This document shows positions 19,153 to 27,755 of a stretch of 64,000 nt of DNA, piece by piece. The stretch lies in NCBI RefSeq assembly GCF_938023125.1, contig NZ_CALHDW010000017.1, positions 218,289 through 282,288 of the forward strand, in the 5' to 3' direction. Below the pieces are notes generated by a model. That model had not been told where the DNA came from. It was given only the letters and a program-made list of their open reading frames with translations, and made no database searches. The DNA is from an uncultured Porphyromonas sp. (GTDB taxonomy: Bacteria; Bacteroidota; Bacteroidia; Bacteroidales; Porphyromonadaceae). Position 1 is the stretch's first letter, and every line of letters starts with the position of its first letter. Position numbers and translations under genes: made by a program.

Positions 19153-20487
19153 TTATTGTTTTTGATTGTTTTTGTCTGATTCTTTTTTCTCCTCATGGAT
19201 AAACTCCAGATACTCCACGAGCCTTCTCTCCGCCGCCCCGGTAACCTGGGGGGTATAAAAGTGCTGCCCATGCGCCTCCGAGGGGAGGTACTCTTGTGGC
19301 ACATAGTGCTTGTCGTAATCATGAGGATATTTATAACCGACTCCATACCCCAAGTCCCCCATCAGTTGAGTAGGCGCATTGCGGAGGTGGAGCGGTACGG
19401 GTAGGTTGCCCGAGTTGCGCACATAGGCAAGGGCGGAATCTATGGCAAGGTAGGCGGAGTTACTCTTGGGCGATGCTGCCAAATAAACCACCGCCTCGGC
19501 GAGTGGGATACGCCCCTCCGGCCAACCTATCAGTTCCACAGCTTGAGCCGCCGCATTGGCTATCATCAGGGCATTGGGGTTGGCTAGCCCAATATCTTCG
19601 GCAGCAGAAATCACAATCCGACGAGCCACGAAACGGGGATTTTCTCCGCCCTCAATAAGGCGAGCCATCCAGTAGAGCGCCGCATCGGGGTCACTGCCTC
19701 GGATACTTTTGATAAAAGCCGAAGCAATGTCGTAGTGCATCTCGCCCCCTTTGTCAAAAGCCATGGGCTGGCGCATCATGCTCTCGCGCACCAATTCATC
19801 TGTAATAACGAGAGGAGTAGCCGAGGTGGCCCCTGCCAAAATCTCTAGTAGATTGAGGAGCTTGCGAGCGTCGCCCCCGGCATAGGCAAGGAGCTGCTTG
19901 TCACTCTCTATCTTCACCTTACGGGGCACCAAATAAATATCTGTAGAGATGGCCCTCTCGAGCAATTGTCGCAAATCTTCCGGCTCCAGGCTCTGCAACA
20001 CAAAGACCTGACAACGCGAAAGAAGCGGACGAATCACCTCAAACGAAGGGTTTTCTGTCGTAGCTCCAATGAGTGTGACAATACCGCGCTCTACGGCAGC
20101 CAGCAACGAGTCTTGCTGACTTTTGGAAAATCGATGAATTTCATCGATAAAGAGGAGAGGGCGACTCTTGGCAGCAAAAAAGCCCTGGGTACTACGCTCT
20201 GCCTCCTCCAAGACGCGGCGCACATCGCCCACGCCCGATCCTACCGCACTCAATTTGTAAAAAGGCGCCTCCACACTCTGGGCTATCAGCTCCGCAAGGG
20301 TTGTTTTGCCCACCCCCGGAGGCCCCCACAAAATAAGAGAGGGCACCTTGCCCGATCGGATCATGCGCCCCAGAGGTGCCGTCTCTGCCACAATATGACG
20401 CTGCCCCACATACTCCTCTAGAGTAGTAGGTCTCATGCGCTCTGCTAGCGGTTGATAGGTGCTATTGGGGCGATCCATAGGGAGCAA
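19153..20487 (-). CDS. rarA: replication-associated recombination protein A (AAA ATPase)
   Basis: Walker A GPPGVGKTTLA, Walker B LLFIDEIHRF, and the RarA/MgsA C-terminal domains. The start may be the second ATG at 20478 (MDRPNSTYQPLAERMRP). Confidence 0.9.
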   Translation of the reverse strand: MLPMDRPNSTYQPLAERMRPTTLEEYVGQRHIVAETAPLGRMIRSGKVPSLILWGPPGVGKTTLAELIAQSVEAPFYKLSAVGSGVGDVRRVLEEAERSTQGFFAAKSRPLLFIDEIHRFSKSQQDSLLAAVERGIVTLIGATTENPSFEVIRPLLSRCQVFVLQSLEPEDLRQLLERAISTDIYLVPRKVKIESDKQLLAYAGGDARKLLNLLEILAGATSATPLVITDELVRESMMRQPMAFDKGGEMHYDIASAFIKSIRGSDPDAALYWMARLIEGGENPRFVARRIVISAAEDIGLANPNALMIANAAAQAVELIGWPEGRIPLAEAVVYLAASPKSNSAYLAIDSALAYVRNSGNLPVPLHLRNAPTQLMGDLGYGVGYKYPHDYDKHYVPQEYLPSEAHGQHFYTPQVTGAAERRLVEYLEFIHEEKKESDKNNQKQ

Positions 20488-20531
20488 AGGGTCTATTGCA
20501 CAATACGCTCTTTCCGTACTATTTCCTAGAG

Positions 20532-20539
20532 CAAAGGTA
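20532..20539 (-). promoter_or_regulatory. candidate -7 box TACCTTTG (minus strand) for the rarA operon
   Basis: Plus-strand caaaggta lies about 45-55 nt upstream of the rarA start. Confidence 0.35.
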
Positions 20540-20824
20540 CATATTTCTTTTTCTAATTCTCACGCGCAACAAAATCCACAAGGAGCATCGGGCGTAAGCA
20601 ATGGGCTAGAGCCTCTTGGGAGCTCCGGGTAATTCTCTTTTCTTTTGCAGCTGGTTTCCCCCTACAAAACCAGCCTAAAAACTTTTCGTTCCTGCCCGAG
20701 AAACTTTTTATTTTCAGCCTACGGCGGAATTTTTTCTAGGCAGCGTTTTCTCCGCATTTCTCACCTAATACAACGCCCTCCCCTCTGTGTCCCTATCTCG
20801 CAGCGGAACCATAGTAGCAAGCCT

Positions 20825-20833
20825 CCCCCCCCC
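20825..20833. repeat. homopolymeric C9 tract (cctCCCCCCCCCttt) in an intergenic region
   Basis: Read directly from the sequence. It lies about 100 nt upstream of the lipoprotein gene start at 20932. Confidence 0.9.
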
Positions 20834-20877
20834 TTTAGACAAAGACAAAATAGGTTGGAAAAGTCAGCCAGCATCCC

Positions 20878-20885
20878 TATCTTTG
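20878..20885 (+). promoter_or_regulatory. candidate -7 box TATCTTTG for the lipoprotein gene
   Basis: TAnnTTTG match about 47 nt upstream of the ATG at 20932. Confidence 0.35.
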
Positions 20886-20931
20886 TAAAAGAATTAGAAA
20901 TAAAACAACACACCTATTAGTTCGAACCAAC

Positions 20932-21642
20932 ATGAGAAAAGGACATTTTTTATTGAGCTGTTGCGCCTTGTGTCTGGGGTGCATAGTTACTTTTAGCAGC
21001 TGTGACTATCGGCTTAAGTACAATCATTACATCTCCGACTTCGTAGATGCAGATACATGCATGTTGACTACAACTCACTCTGATTTGCAGTCTCAGGAGG
21101 CTTCTTCGCTCGGATTGAAGATGGAAAGTCCCGGAATTTTTGCTCTCGTCTTGCGAGATAGCACAACGCGCTTTACGGACTTCGACGATGGAATAGAGAA
21201 AAACCGCATCTTCTTAGCAAAAATAGGAGACGTGAAGTGTCCCATATCGCGAGGAGATACAACCCCTAGAAATGTAGTGGGGCAAATTAATACTCCAGAG
21301 GAGATCTCGATTACATGTGATCACGATTTTAATGAGCATTTTAAGGCAGGAGACGAGTTGAATAGGATCTTTATTTTCCAATTCCTCGATAATCTCTCGT
21401 TTATCAAAAGTGGCTACAACTGGGATTTTTACCAGAAACGCTCCCTCGCTCGTGCCCATATCCCCGAAGAGATAGCAAGGGCTTTAGCCTCCTATCCCGA
21501 TTGGGATTTTTATACCACGGATATGCCTTTTCAATCATTGATAGGGCAAGAGGTTACCTTCTCGGTAAGGGTCAAATTCAAAGAAGGGAAGAGCCTCTCC
21601 ACCTCAAACGCGATCAAAATCCCGCCCTTTCCGGCATCCTAA
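20932..21642 (+). CDS. uncharacterised lipoprotein (paralog of 48453..49151)
   Basis: Signal peptide and lipobox (MRKGHFLLSCCALCLGCIVTFSSC). Shares ...ITCDHDFNE..KAG..LN.I....F+D.LS.I+SGY... and a C-terminal KFP.P motif with the lipoprotein encoded next to the C10 peptidase. Confidence 0.6.
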   Translation: MRKGHFLLSCCALCLGCIVTFSSCDYRLKYNHYISDFVDADTCMLTTTHSDLQSQEASSLGLKMESPGIFALVLRDSTTRFTDFDDGIEKNRIFLAKIGDVKCPISRGDTTPRNVVGQINTPEEISITCDHDFNEHFKAGDELNRIFIFQFLDNLSFIKSGYNWDFYQKRSLARAHIPEEIARALASYPDWDFYTTDMPFQSLIGQEVTFSVRVKFKEGKSLSTSNAIKIPPFPAS

Positions 21643-21684
21643 CCGCCCCATCCCTCCCTTGATGGGGTGAAATTTCACACATAA

Positions 21685-21735
21685 GCCCCTTGAGAGTTCG
21701 TCTGCCGAACTCTTGAGGGGCTTGCCATTTTGTGG
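21685..21735 (+). terminator. strong stem-loop terminator after the lipoprotein gene
   Basis: 16-bp stem gccccttgagagttcg/cgaactcttgaggggc (two G-U pairs, loop tctgc) followed by ttgccattttgt. The pairing works in plus-strand RNA but not in minus-strand RNA. Confidence 0.55.
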
Positions 21736-21844
21736 GGGCGATTCCCCCTATTTTTGCCTTCTCCCTTGCCCTCTAGAAAGGGCAAACGCAATGCAAAAGG
21801 GAGTGAAAAGCCACCAAAAGAGGGCAGAGGTCAGGATAAACTGC

Positions 21845-21852
21845 TACCTTTG
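21845..21852 (+). promoter_or_regulatory. candidate -7 box TACCTTTG for ssb
   Basis: TAnnTTTG match 26 nt upstream of the ssb ATG. Confidence 0.4.
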
Positions 21853-21877
21853 TTACCTAGAAACTCCGATATAGACA

Positions 21878-22240
21878 ATGTCGATAAACAAAGTAATACT
21901 CGTTGGTTATGTAGGCAAAGACCCCGAGATTCGCTACCTCAAAGAGCGTTTCTCCGTAGCCAACTTCTCCTTAGCTACCACACACACCGTGGGCAAAACA
22001 GCCACCGGAGGCGCGCGCGAGGAGCAAACCGAGTGGCATCGCATTGTAGCCTTTGGGGAGCAGGCCGCCTTTGCAGAGCAATGGGTACGCAAAGGCTCTC
22101 TCCTTGCCGTGGAGGGTAGGATCAGTTACCGCAACTATACCGATAAGCAGGGTACCATGCACTCCATCACAGAGATTGTAGCGGAGCGTCTCCACTTTGT
22201 GGGGAATCCACCGCGCGAATATTCCCAAGCTCCCAAGTAG
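21878..22240 (+). CDS. ssb: single-stranded DNA-binding protein
   Basis: 120 aa, beginning MSINKVILVGYVGKDPEIRYL... (OB-fold). The acidic C-terminal tail is short or absent (ends PPREYSQAPK). Confidence 0.85.
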   Translation: MSINKVILVGYVGKDPEIRYLKERFSVANFSLATTHTVGKTATGGAREEQTEWHRIVAFGEQAAFAEQWVRKGSLLAVEGRISYRNYTDKQGTMHSITEIVAERLHFVGNPPREYSQAPK

Positions 22241-22262
22241 CCCCTTTATTCTCTAGCTCAAG

Positions 22263-23570
22263 ATGGATAGCCTTTTCTCCGGTATTATCGTTTATCCCTT
22301 TGGCTGGCAGGCCGCCATCACCTTGGGGATTATCCTACTCCTCATCGTCCTATCGGGGTACATGTCTTCTTCCGAAGTTTCGTTTTTCTCGCTATCGCCG
22401 CAAGATATTCACCTCATCCGCGAGTCGAAAGCGCCCCACGACCAAAAACTTCTCGCTCTGCTTGAGAACTCAGAAAAACTCCTTGCCACTATCCTAATTG
22501 GCAACAACATTGTCAACATCGGCATTGTACTTTCGTCGAACTATCTCGTACACCTTCTCTTTGATTTTGGCATCAACAGCGTACTTAGCTTTGTACTTCA
22601 GACTATCGTACTCACCTTTGTACTACTGCTCTTCTGCGAGATTATCCCCAAGGTATATGCCCAGCAGCATCCACTCTCGTTCAGTCGCTTTTCGGCGCAC
22701 ATTATGCAACCTCTAGTGAAGGTGCTCTCCCCATTTACCATACCTCTTGTAAAGACCTCTTCTATACTCGAGCGGAGAGGAAAAAAACACTATGGGCTAT
22801 CCGTAGACGATCTCTCACGAGCGGTAGAACTGACCGAGGGGAAAAATGAGACGCAAAGCAAACTCATTGGCGAGATTATTAAGTTCCACGACAAGACGGC
22901 GGACGAGATTATGGTGCCGCGTGTAGACATGGTAATGATTGACTATCAATGGGATTTTGCGACCACACTACGCTTTGTGCTGGATGCCGGCTACTCTCGA
23001 ATCCCCGTTTTCTTGGGAACGCAAGATGTGATCAAAGGGATCCTTTACATCAAAGACTGCCTACCCTACACCACAGCCGGGGCCGACTTCGATTGGCACA
23101 CCCTGATACGCCCTGCCAACTTTGTACCCGAAAATAAAAAGATAGACGATCTGCTTGAGGAGTTCCGCTCCGAGCATCGGCATATCTCCATTGTCGTAGA
23201 CGAATATGGAGGCACCTCAGGATTAATTACTCTTGAGGATATTTTGGAAGAAATTGTAGGAGAGATCACCGACGAGTACGACGAAGACGAACTACCCTAC
23301 ACTCGCCTAGCCGATGGATCCTTTTTATTTGAGGGTAAAACTCAGATTAACGACTTCTGCCGCTACCTATCCCTAGAAGACTCTCTTTTCGAGCCCTTAA
23401 CCCAAGAGATTGATACCCTAGGCGGTATCTTTTTGGAGCTGAAACAGGAGTTGCCCCGTGTGGGAGCCTTTGTTACCTATCGGGGCTATCGCTTTGAAAT
23501 CACCAAGGTAGAAAAGCATCGAATCATGCAAATGCGTGTGATTCCGCCCGCTACCGCCTCCGCCTCATGA
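22263..23570 (+). CDS. CNNM/DUF21 + CBS pair + CorC_HlyC domain membrane protein (GldE/hemolysin-C-like)
   Basis: 435 aa. N-terminal four-TM DUF21 region, paired CBS domains (IMVPRVDMVMID...), and a C-terminal transporter-associated domain (GYRFEITKVEKHRI). Confidence 0.8.
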   Translation: MDSLFSGIIVYPFGWQAAITLGIILLLIVLSGYMSSSEVSFFSLSPQDIHLIRESKAPHDQKLLALLENSEKLLATILIGNNIVNIGIVLSSNYLVHLLFDFGINSVLSFVLQTIVLTFVLLLFCEIIPKVYAQQHPLSFSRFSAHIMQPLVKVLSPFTIPLVKTSSILERRGKKHYGLSVDDLSRAVELTEGKNETQSKLIGEIIKFHDKTADEIMVPRVDMVMIDYQWDFATTLRFVLDAGYSRIPVFLGTQDVIKGILYIKDCLPYTTAGADFDWHTLIRPANFVPENKKIDDLLEEFRSEHRHISIVVDEYGGTSGLITLEDILEEIVGEITDEYDEDELPYTRLADGSFLFEGKTQINDFCRYLSLEDSLFEPLTQEIDTLGGIFLELKQELPRVGAFVTYRGYRFEITKVEKHRIMQMRVIPPATASAS

Positions 23571-24139
23571 TACAACCTCTCGTTGTACATATTAGTAGGC
23601 TTCTAGGGCTATCCTCCGTGCCATCACGCTTTAGTCGTGAGCAACAACGCCAAGCATCTCAACATCTTCTCCAGCTACTCTACCCCCATAGCCCCCTCGC
23701 ACATTCGGCAGAAGGTGCCCCACTGCTCCAAGGGAGTCAGATTCAACTCTCTCTTAGTCACTCGGGAGATTACCTAGCTCTCCTCACAGCTCCCCCTCGA
23801 TGGCGTGTGGGCGTTGACCTAGAAACCGATTTCTCACGCCCTCTCCGTCTCGCCGCTCGCTTCTTATCCCAAGAAGAACTCTCGCTGCTCTCCACACTCC
23901 CCCCTCGTGAGCAATCGCGCTATGCGCTGGCGGCTTGGTGTGCTCGTGAGGCGGTCTACAAAGCCATCCCCAACGCCTCAGTGGACTTTCGCCGGCACTA
24001 CATCCTCTCTCATTACCCCCATCGACCCGTCATTTCTTACCATCCATCGGGCGAAGAGCCGCTCCAAATACCCCTTCACTTTTACCAGCATCAAGAGTAT
24101 TTGCTCGCCTATTGCGCTCTATTCAGAGGGGAATTCTAA
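23567..24139 (+). CDS. 4'-phosphopantetheinyl transferase (Sfp/EntD superfamily)
   Basis: SLSHSGDYLALL and WCAREAVYKA motifs. Its start overlaps the upstream stop as ATGA. Confidence 0.7.
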   Translation: MIQPLVVHISRLLGLSSVPSRFSREQQRQASQHLLQLLYPHSPLAHSAEGAPLLQGSQIQLSLSHSGDYLALLTAPPRWRVGVDLETDFSRPLRLAARFLSQEELSLLSTLPPREQSRYALAAWCAREAVYKAIPNASVDFRRHYILSHYPHRPVISYHPSGEEPLQIPLHFYQHQEYLLAYCALFRGEF

Positions 24140-24141
24140 GT

Positions 24142-25170
24142 CTAGTCTAGGAGAGAACATTTCGCATCTCCCGAGTAAATAGGAGCCGCCACGCCCTCAT
24201 GCAGCAAACGAGGGCTGACCTCTCGCTCCACAGCATCGTAGAGACCACTATTGAGGAACGCTTGTAGCGTTTGAGCTCCCCCCTCCACAAGAAGGGATTG
24301 GATCTTGCGAGAGGCGAGCATCTCCAACAGACGGGCAACAAAATGCTCGTTGCGCTCTATGGCAATGCAATTCTCGGGCAGAGGCTGAGAGCGAAACGCT
24401 GAGGGAGAGACGATAAACCAGGGCTTAGAGGTACTATTTTGATTGATTTTATAGGCTTGATGGCACAGCACACCCTCACTATCTAGTACAACGGGCTGGG
24501 GAGAGGTACCCCACCAAAAACGATTAGTCAGGGAGGGATTGTCTAGCTCTACGGTGCGCCGCCCTACCAAAATAGCATCGTGGCAATGACGCAAATAGTG
24601 GACATAACGCAGCCTAGTGGGTGAGCTAAAGACCTCGGGGAGTTGGGAAGCATCCTCTCGTACCCTATCGATAAAGCCATCACGGCTCTGCGCCCATTTG
24701 AGCGTGACCCAAGGTCTATTTTTTTCTACAGCTGTGAGGAAAAAGCGATTGAGCCTCCGTGCCTTCTCTTCCAGCACACCCACTTCTACCTCCACACCCT
24801 TGCTGCGAAGGAGGGCAATGCCCCGACCTGCCACCTCTGGGAACGGATCTTGCATAGCCACCACTACGCGAGGTACCCTCTTCTGCAAGACGAGTTCGGC
24901 GCAAGGGGGTGTTTTCCCATAGTGCGAGCAAGGCTCAAGACTAACGTACAGGGTGCTTTGGGCAATCCATTTCTCATCTTCGGGGCGTACCGATGCAAAG
25001 CAATTGACCTCGGCATGAGGCTCTCCGGCTCTGTGGTGATACCCCTCTCCTATAATCCGATCTTGATGCACAAGAACCGCCCCCACAAGGGGATTGGGAG
25101 AGGTGTAACCCGTAGCTAGAGCTGCCAAATCGAGGCAGCGTTGCATATAGAGAGTATCGTTTGCGGTCAT
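24142..25170 (-). CDS. ribD: bifunctional riboflavin biosynthesis deaminase/reductase
   Basis: The cytidine-deaminase zinc motifs HAEVNCF and EPCSHYGKTPPC, followed by a RibG reductase domain. Confidence 0.9.
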   Translation of the reverse strand: MTANDTLYMQRCLDLAALATGYTSPNPLVGAVLVHQDRIIGEGYHHRAGEPHAEVNCFASVRPEDEKWIAQSTLYVSLEPCSHYGKTPPCAELVLQKRVPRVVVAMQDPFPEVAGRGIALLRSKGVEVEVGVLEEKARRLNRFFLTAVEKNRPWVTLKWAQSRDGFIDRVREDASQLPEVFSSPTRLRYVHYLRHCHDAILVGRRTVELDNPSLTNRFWWGTSPQPVVLDSEGVLCHQAYKINQNSTSKPWFIVSPSAFRSQPLPENCIAIERNEHFVARLLEMLASRKIQSLLVEGGAQTLQAFLNSGLYDAVEREVSPRLLHEGVAAPIYSGDAKCSLLD

Positions 25171-26495
25171 AATGTAGTGGAGTGAGAGAATAACTTTCGC
25201 CCTAGGGGGCAGAGGTAACAGGAGCGATGCGAACAGAGGCTCTCCCAGAGCTCCAAAGCGGCTTGGCTATGAGCAGCGTGCTCCTGCGGCAGATTGATAG
25301 CGGCAATTCTATTGGTAATACTATTTTTCTCGGGCTTTAGTTGTGAGGCTCTCGCCCAAGCCTCTTCGAGGGCTTCGGCAGAGGGCTCGACTCCATGGGC
25401 GTAGGCATCAAGAAGAGGAAAGGGAATAAGCACATTGAGAAAGAGGGAGTCTATCGTACTTGCAGATAGAGACGCGAGGGCTTTCTCCGCTTCGGCTCCA
25501 AAAGTATAGTGGAGTTGCCAGTAATCCGAGGGGGGAACATCCAAAAGATGCTGCAATTCACGGGTATTAGTAATCCTCATCAATTCGCTCTCTAATAGGG
25601 GGTAGCGATGACGAAGTGCCGCCATATAGGCCAATCGCCTATGGGGGAAAGCGGAGGGACGAAGACGGAGCAAACGCACCTCCCCTCGGGGGATGGGGGT
25701 TAATTGGTACTTAGTGCGAAGGAAGCGATAACGCTCAGCGAGATCCTCCTGATAACTATCCATGGGAGCCCCCTCTAGCAAGGCAGCTTGACCCAAATAG
25801 AGCGCCTCCAACATGGGTAGCCGGTCTGTATGCTTTCGAATAACCCTCAAAGGGAGAGATCGAGCTACCTGCTCAAAGGCCTCATTATTAACGCGGCTCC
25901 CCAAGTAGCGCAATAGGAGAAGATGCAACACAGTGCCCAGGTCGCTACCGGACGTTTCGTAGAGGGAAATAAATCGCTGGGCTTTGGCAATAATCCTCTT
26001 GGCAAAAAGAGATTGGCTCCAAGAGTGCCACGAGATGGGAAGAGGGTCTAAGTCGCGCTCACTGCAAGGCAAAGCCCCCTCGTGTTGCAGATAATCCGTT
26101 GCACGCTCTAGGTCTATCGGGCGAAGATCCATCACGCAGGTAAAGAGGGGAGCACCCGTTAGTCGGCTATAGATAGGAAGGTCATTCTCCACAACAACGT
26201 GCAGGATGGTGCTATCGTAGGCGGGGTCTAGATGATGTTTATGCTTGAGCCATTCCGAGGCCTTTCGGTGCACCTCTACATTGCCCGCCCACACAATGGA
26301 GCCTATACGCAACCTAGCATTGAAGAAATCGGGGCCACCATCCCAATTGATCTCCCCGGGGTAAAGTACCTCTATGGCACGAGAAGAATCAGACTCGCTC
26401 GGCTCTATATGATAAAAATGCAACGAGTGGTAAAAACGCCTTAGCCAAGCAGTTTGCAGTACAACCTCGCCACCATCGCCTTTACCACCCGCCAT
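25167..26495 (-). CDS. hypothetical protein, DUF2851-like (conserved in Bacteroidota)
   Basis: 442 aa, soluble, with no recognisable catalytic motif. The DUF2851 assignment is from memory. It overlaps ribD as ATGA. Confidence 0.45.
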   Translation of the reverse strand: MAGGKGDGGEVVLQTAWLRRFYHSLHFYHIEPSESDSSRAIEVLYPGEINWDGGPDFFNARLRIGSIVWAGNVEVHRKASEWLKHKHHLDPAYDSTILHVVVENDLPIYSRLTGAPLFTCVMDLRPIDLERATDYLQHEGALPCSERDLDPLPISWHSWSQSLFAKRIIAKAQRFISLYETSGSDLGTVLHLLLLRYLGSRVNNEAFEQVARSLPLRVIRKHTDRLPMLEALYLGQAALLEGAPMDSYQEDLAERYRFLRTKYQLTPIPRGEVRLLRLRPSAFPHRRLAYMAALRHRYPLLESELMRITNTRELQHLLDVPPSDYWQLHYTFGAEAEKALASLSASTIDSLFLNVLIPFPLLDAYAHGVEPSAEALEEAWARASQLKPEKNSITNRIAAINLPQEHAAHSQAALELWESLCSHRSCYLCPLGRKLFSHSTTL

Positions 26496-26521
26496 ATTCG
26501 GTAAGAAAAAGAGGGAAAGAT

Positions 26522-27616
26522 TTAGATGTATTCTTTGCCAAATTGCAATTCGGCCTCAGCCATCATGCCCTTTACACGTTGCTCTTCACTTCGCTTGCAG
26601 ATGAGGAGCACATTGTCATGCTCTGCCACAATGCAATCTGAGACGCTCCGCATCACCACGATGCGAGAAGGGTCGGAGAGGCTAACCACATTGCCCGAGG
26701 CCTCCTGGAATATGCAGCGAGTACCCAAGGCTGCATTGCCGGCCTCATCCTTCTCGGCATGCTCATAAACGGCCCCCCAAGTCCCTAAGTCGGCCCATCC
26801 AAAGTCACTAGGCAAAACGAGTACATTTTGCGCCTTTTCCATTACGGCATAGTCTATTGAGATACTAGGGCAACAAGGGAATGCCTCTCGGATAAAAGCA
26901 GACTCTCCACTCGTACCATAGACCTCTGCCCCGGCGCCTAGCACCTCTGCCACTTCGCCGGCATGCTCCTCAATTGCCGAGAGGATAGCCGAGACATTCC
27001 AAGCGAACATACCACTATTCCACAAGAAATCCCCGCTCTTGACAAAGAGTTCTGCCATCTCACGATCGGGCTTTTCAGTAAAGACCTTCACACGCAAGAA
27101 GCCACCACTTAGGTCGCCACTCTTCTCCGGATCCATCTGGATGTAACCGTATCCGGTTTCGGGACGGGTGGCCATAATGCCCAACGTCACCAAGCTATCA
27201 TGGTCGGCTACGTACTCCAAGGCCTTTGTTGCGAACTCCGCAAAGCGTGCCTCTTGCAGTATTATATGATCGGAGGGGGTGACAAAAATAGAAGCATCCG
27301 GGCATTTCGAGCGGATGTGATAGGCGGCGTAGGCAATACAAGGTGCCGTATTACGCCGTATGGGTTCTGCTAAGATCTGATCGGGGAGAAGCTCCGGCAA
27401 CTGCCTAAGCGTCTCCTCTATATATACCTCGTTTGTGACTATCAGGATATTCTCTTTTGGGACGAATTGACTCATCCGTCGAAAGGTCTGCTGCAAGAGA
27501 GACTCGCCCGTTCCAAAAAAATCGAGGAATTGCTTTGGTTTGTTTTCACGGCTAACGGGCCAAAAGCGGCTCCCTATACCGCCGCCCATAATAACGCAAT
27601 AGAATTTGCTGTTCAT
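26522..27616 (-). CDS. manC: mannose-1-phosphate guanylyltransferase
   Basis: The nucleotidyltransferase N-terminus MGGGIGSRFWPVSRENKPKQF and overall ManC/CpsB architecture. Confidence 0.8.
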   Translation of the reverse strand: MNSKFYCVIMGGGIGSRFWPVSRENKPKQFLDFFGTGESLLQQTFRRMSQFVPKENILIVTNEVYIEETLRQLPELLPDQILAEPIRRNTAPCIAYAAYHIRSKCPDASIFVTPSDHIILQEARFAEFATKALEYVADHDSLVTLGIMATRPETGYGYIQMDPEKSGDLSGGFLRVKVFTEKPDREMAELFVKSGDFLWNSGMFAWNVSAILSAIEEHAGEVAEVLGAGAEVYGTSGESAFIREAFPCCPSISIDYAVMEKAQNVLVLPSDFGWADLGTWGAVYEHAEKDEAGNAALGTRCIFQEASGNVVSLSDPSRIVVMRSVSDCIVAEHDNVLLICKRSEEQRVKGMMAEAELQFGKEYI

Positions 27617-27646
27617 CGCAACTTACTTTGTCTATTTTATGTAGCA

Positions 27647-27654
27647 CAAAGATA
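27647..27654 (-). promoter_or_regulatory. candidate -7 box TATCTTTG (minus strand) for manC
   Basis: Plus-strand caaagata lies about 31 nt upstream of the manC ATG. Confidence 0.35.
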
Positions 27655-27755
27655 ACCCTTATTGCACAACTCAAGTCCGCTTGCACGAAGATTTATTAGG
27701 ACATTCCCCACCAAAACTCTGCAAGGCACTCTAAATCTGTCCCGAAGACACGTAC

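Noticed and set aside
20645-20920. 91-aa ORF in the rarA / lipoprotein intergenic region
   Set aside because: Low-complexity Pro/Ser/Arg-rich translation that spans the C9 tract and promoter elements, with no recognisable domain. It is more likely non-coding.
21750-21800. Additional small palindromes (gggggcgattccccc; ttgccctctagaaagggcaa) between the lipoprotein terminator and ssb
   Set aside because: Short GC-clamped palindromes without adjacent T-runs. They could be operator sites for ssb, but no supporting evidence such as a second copy or a LexA-like consensus was found.
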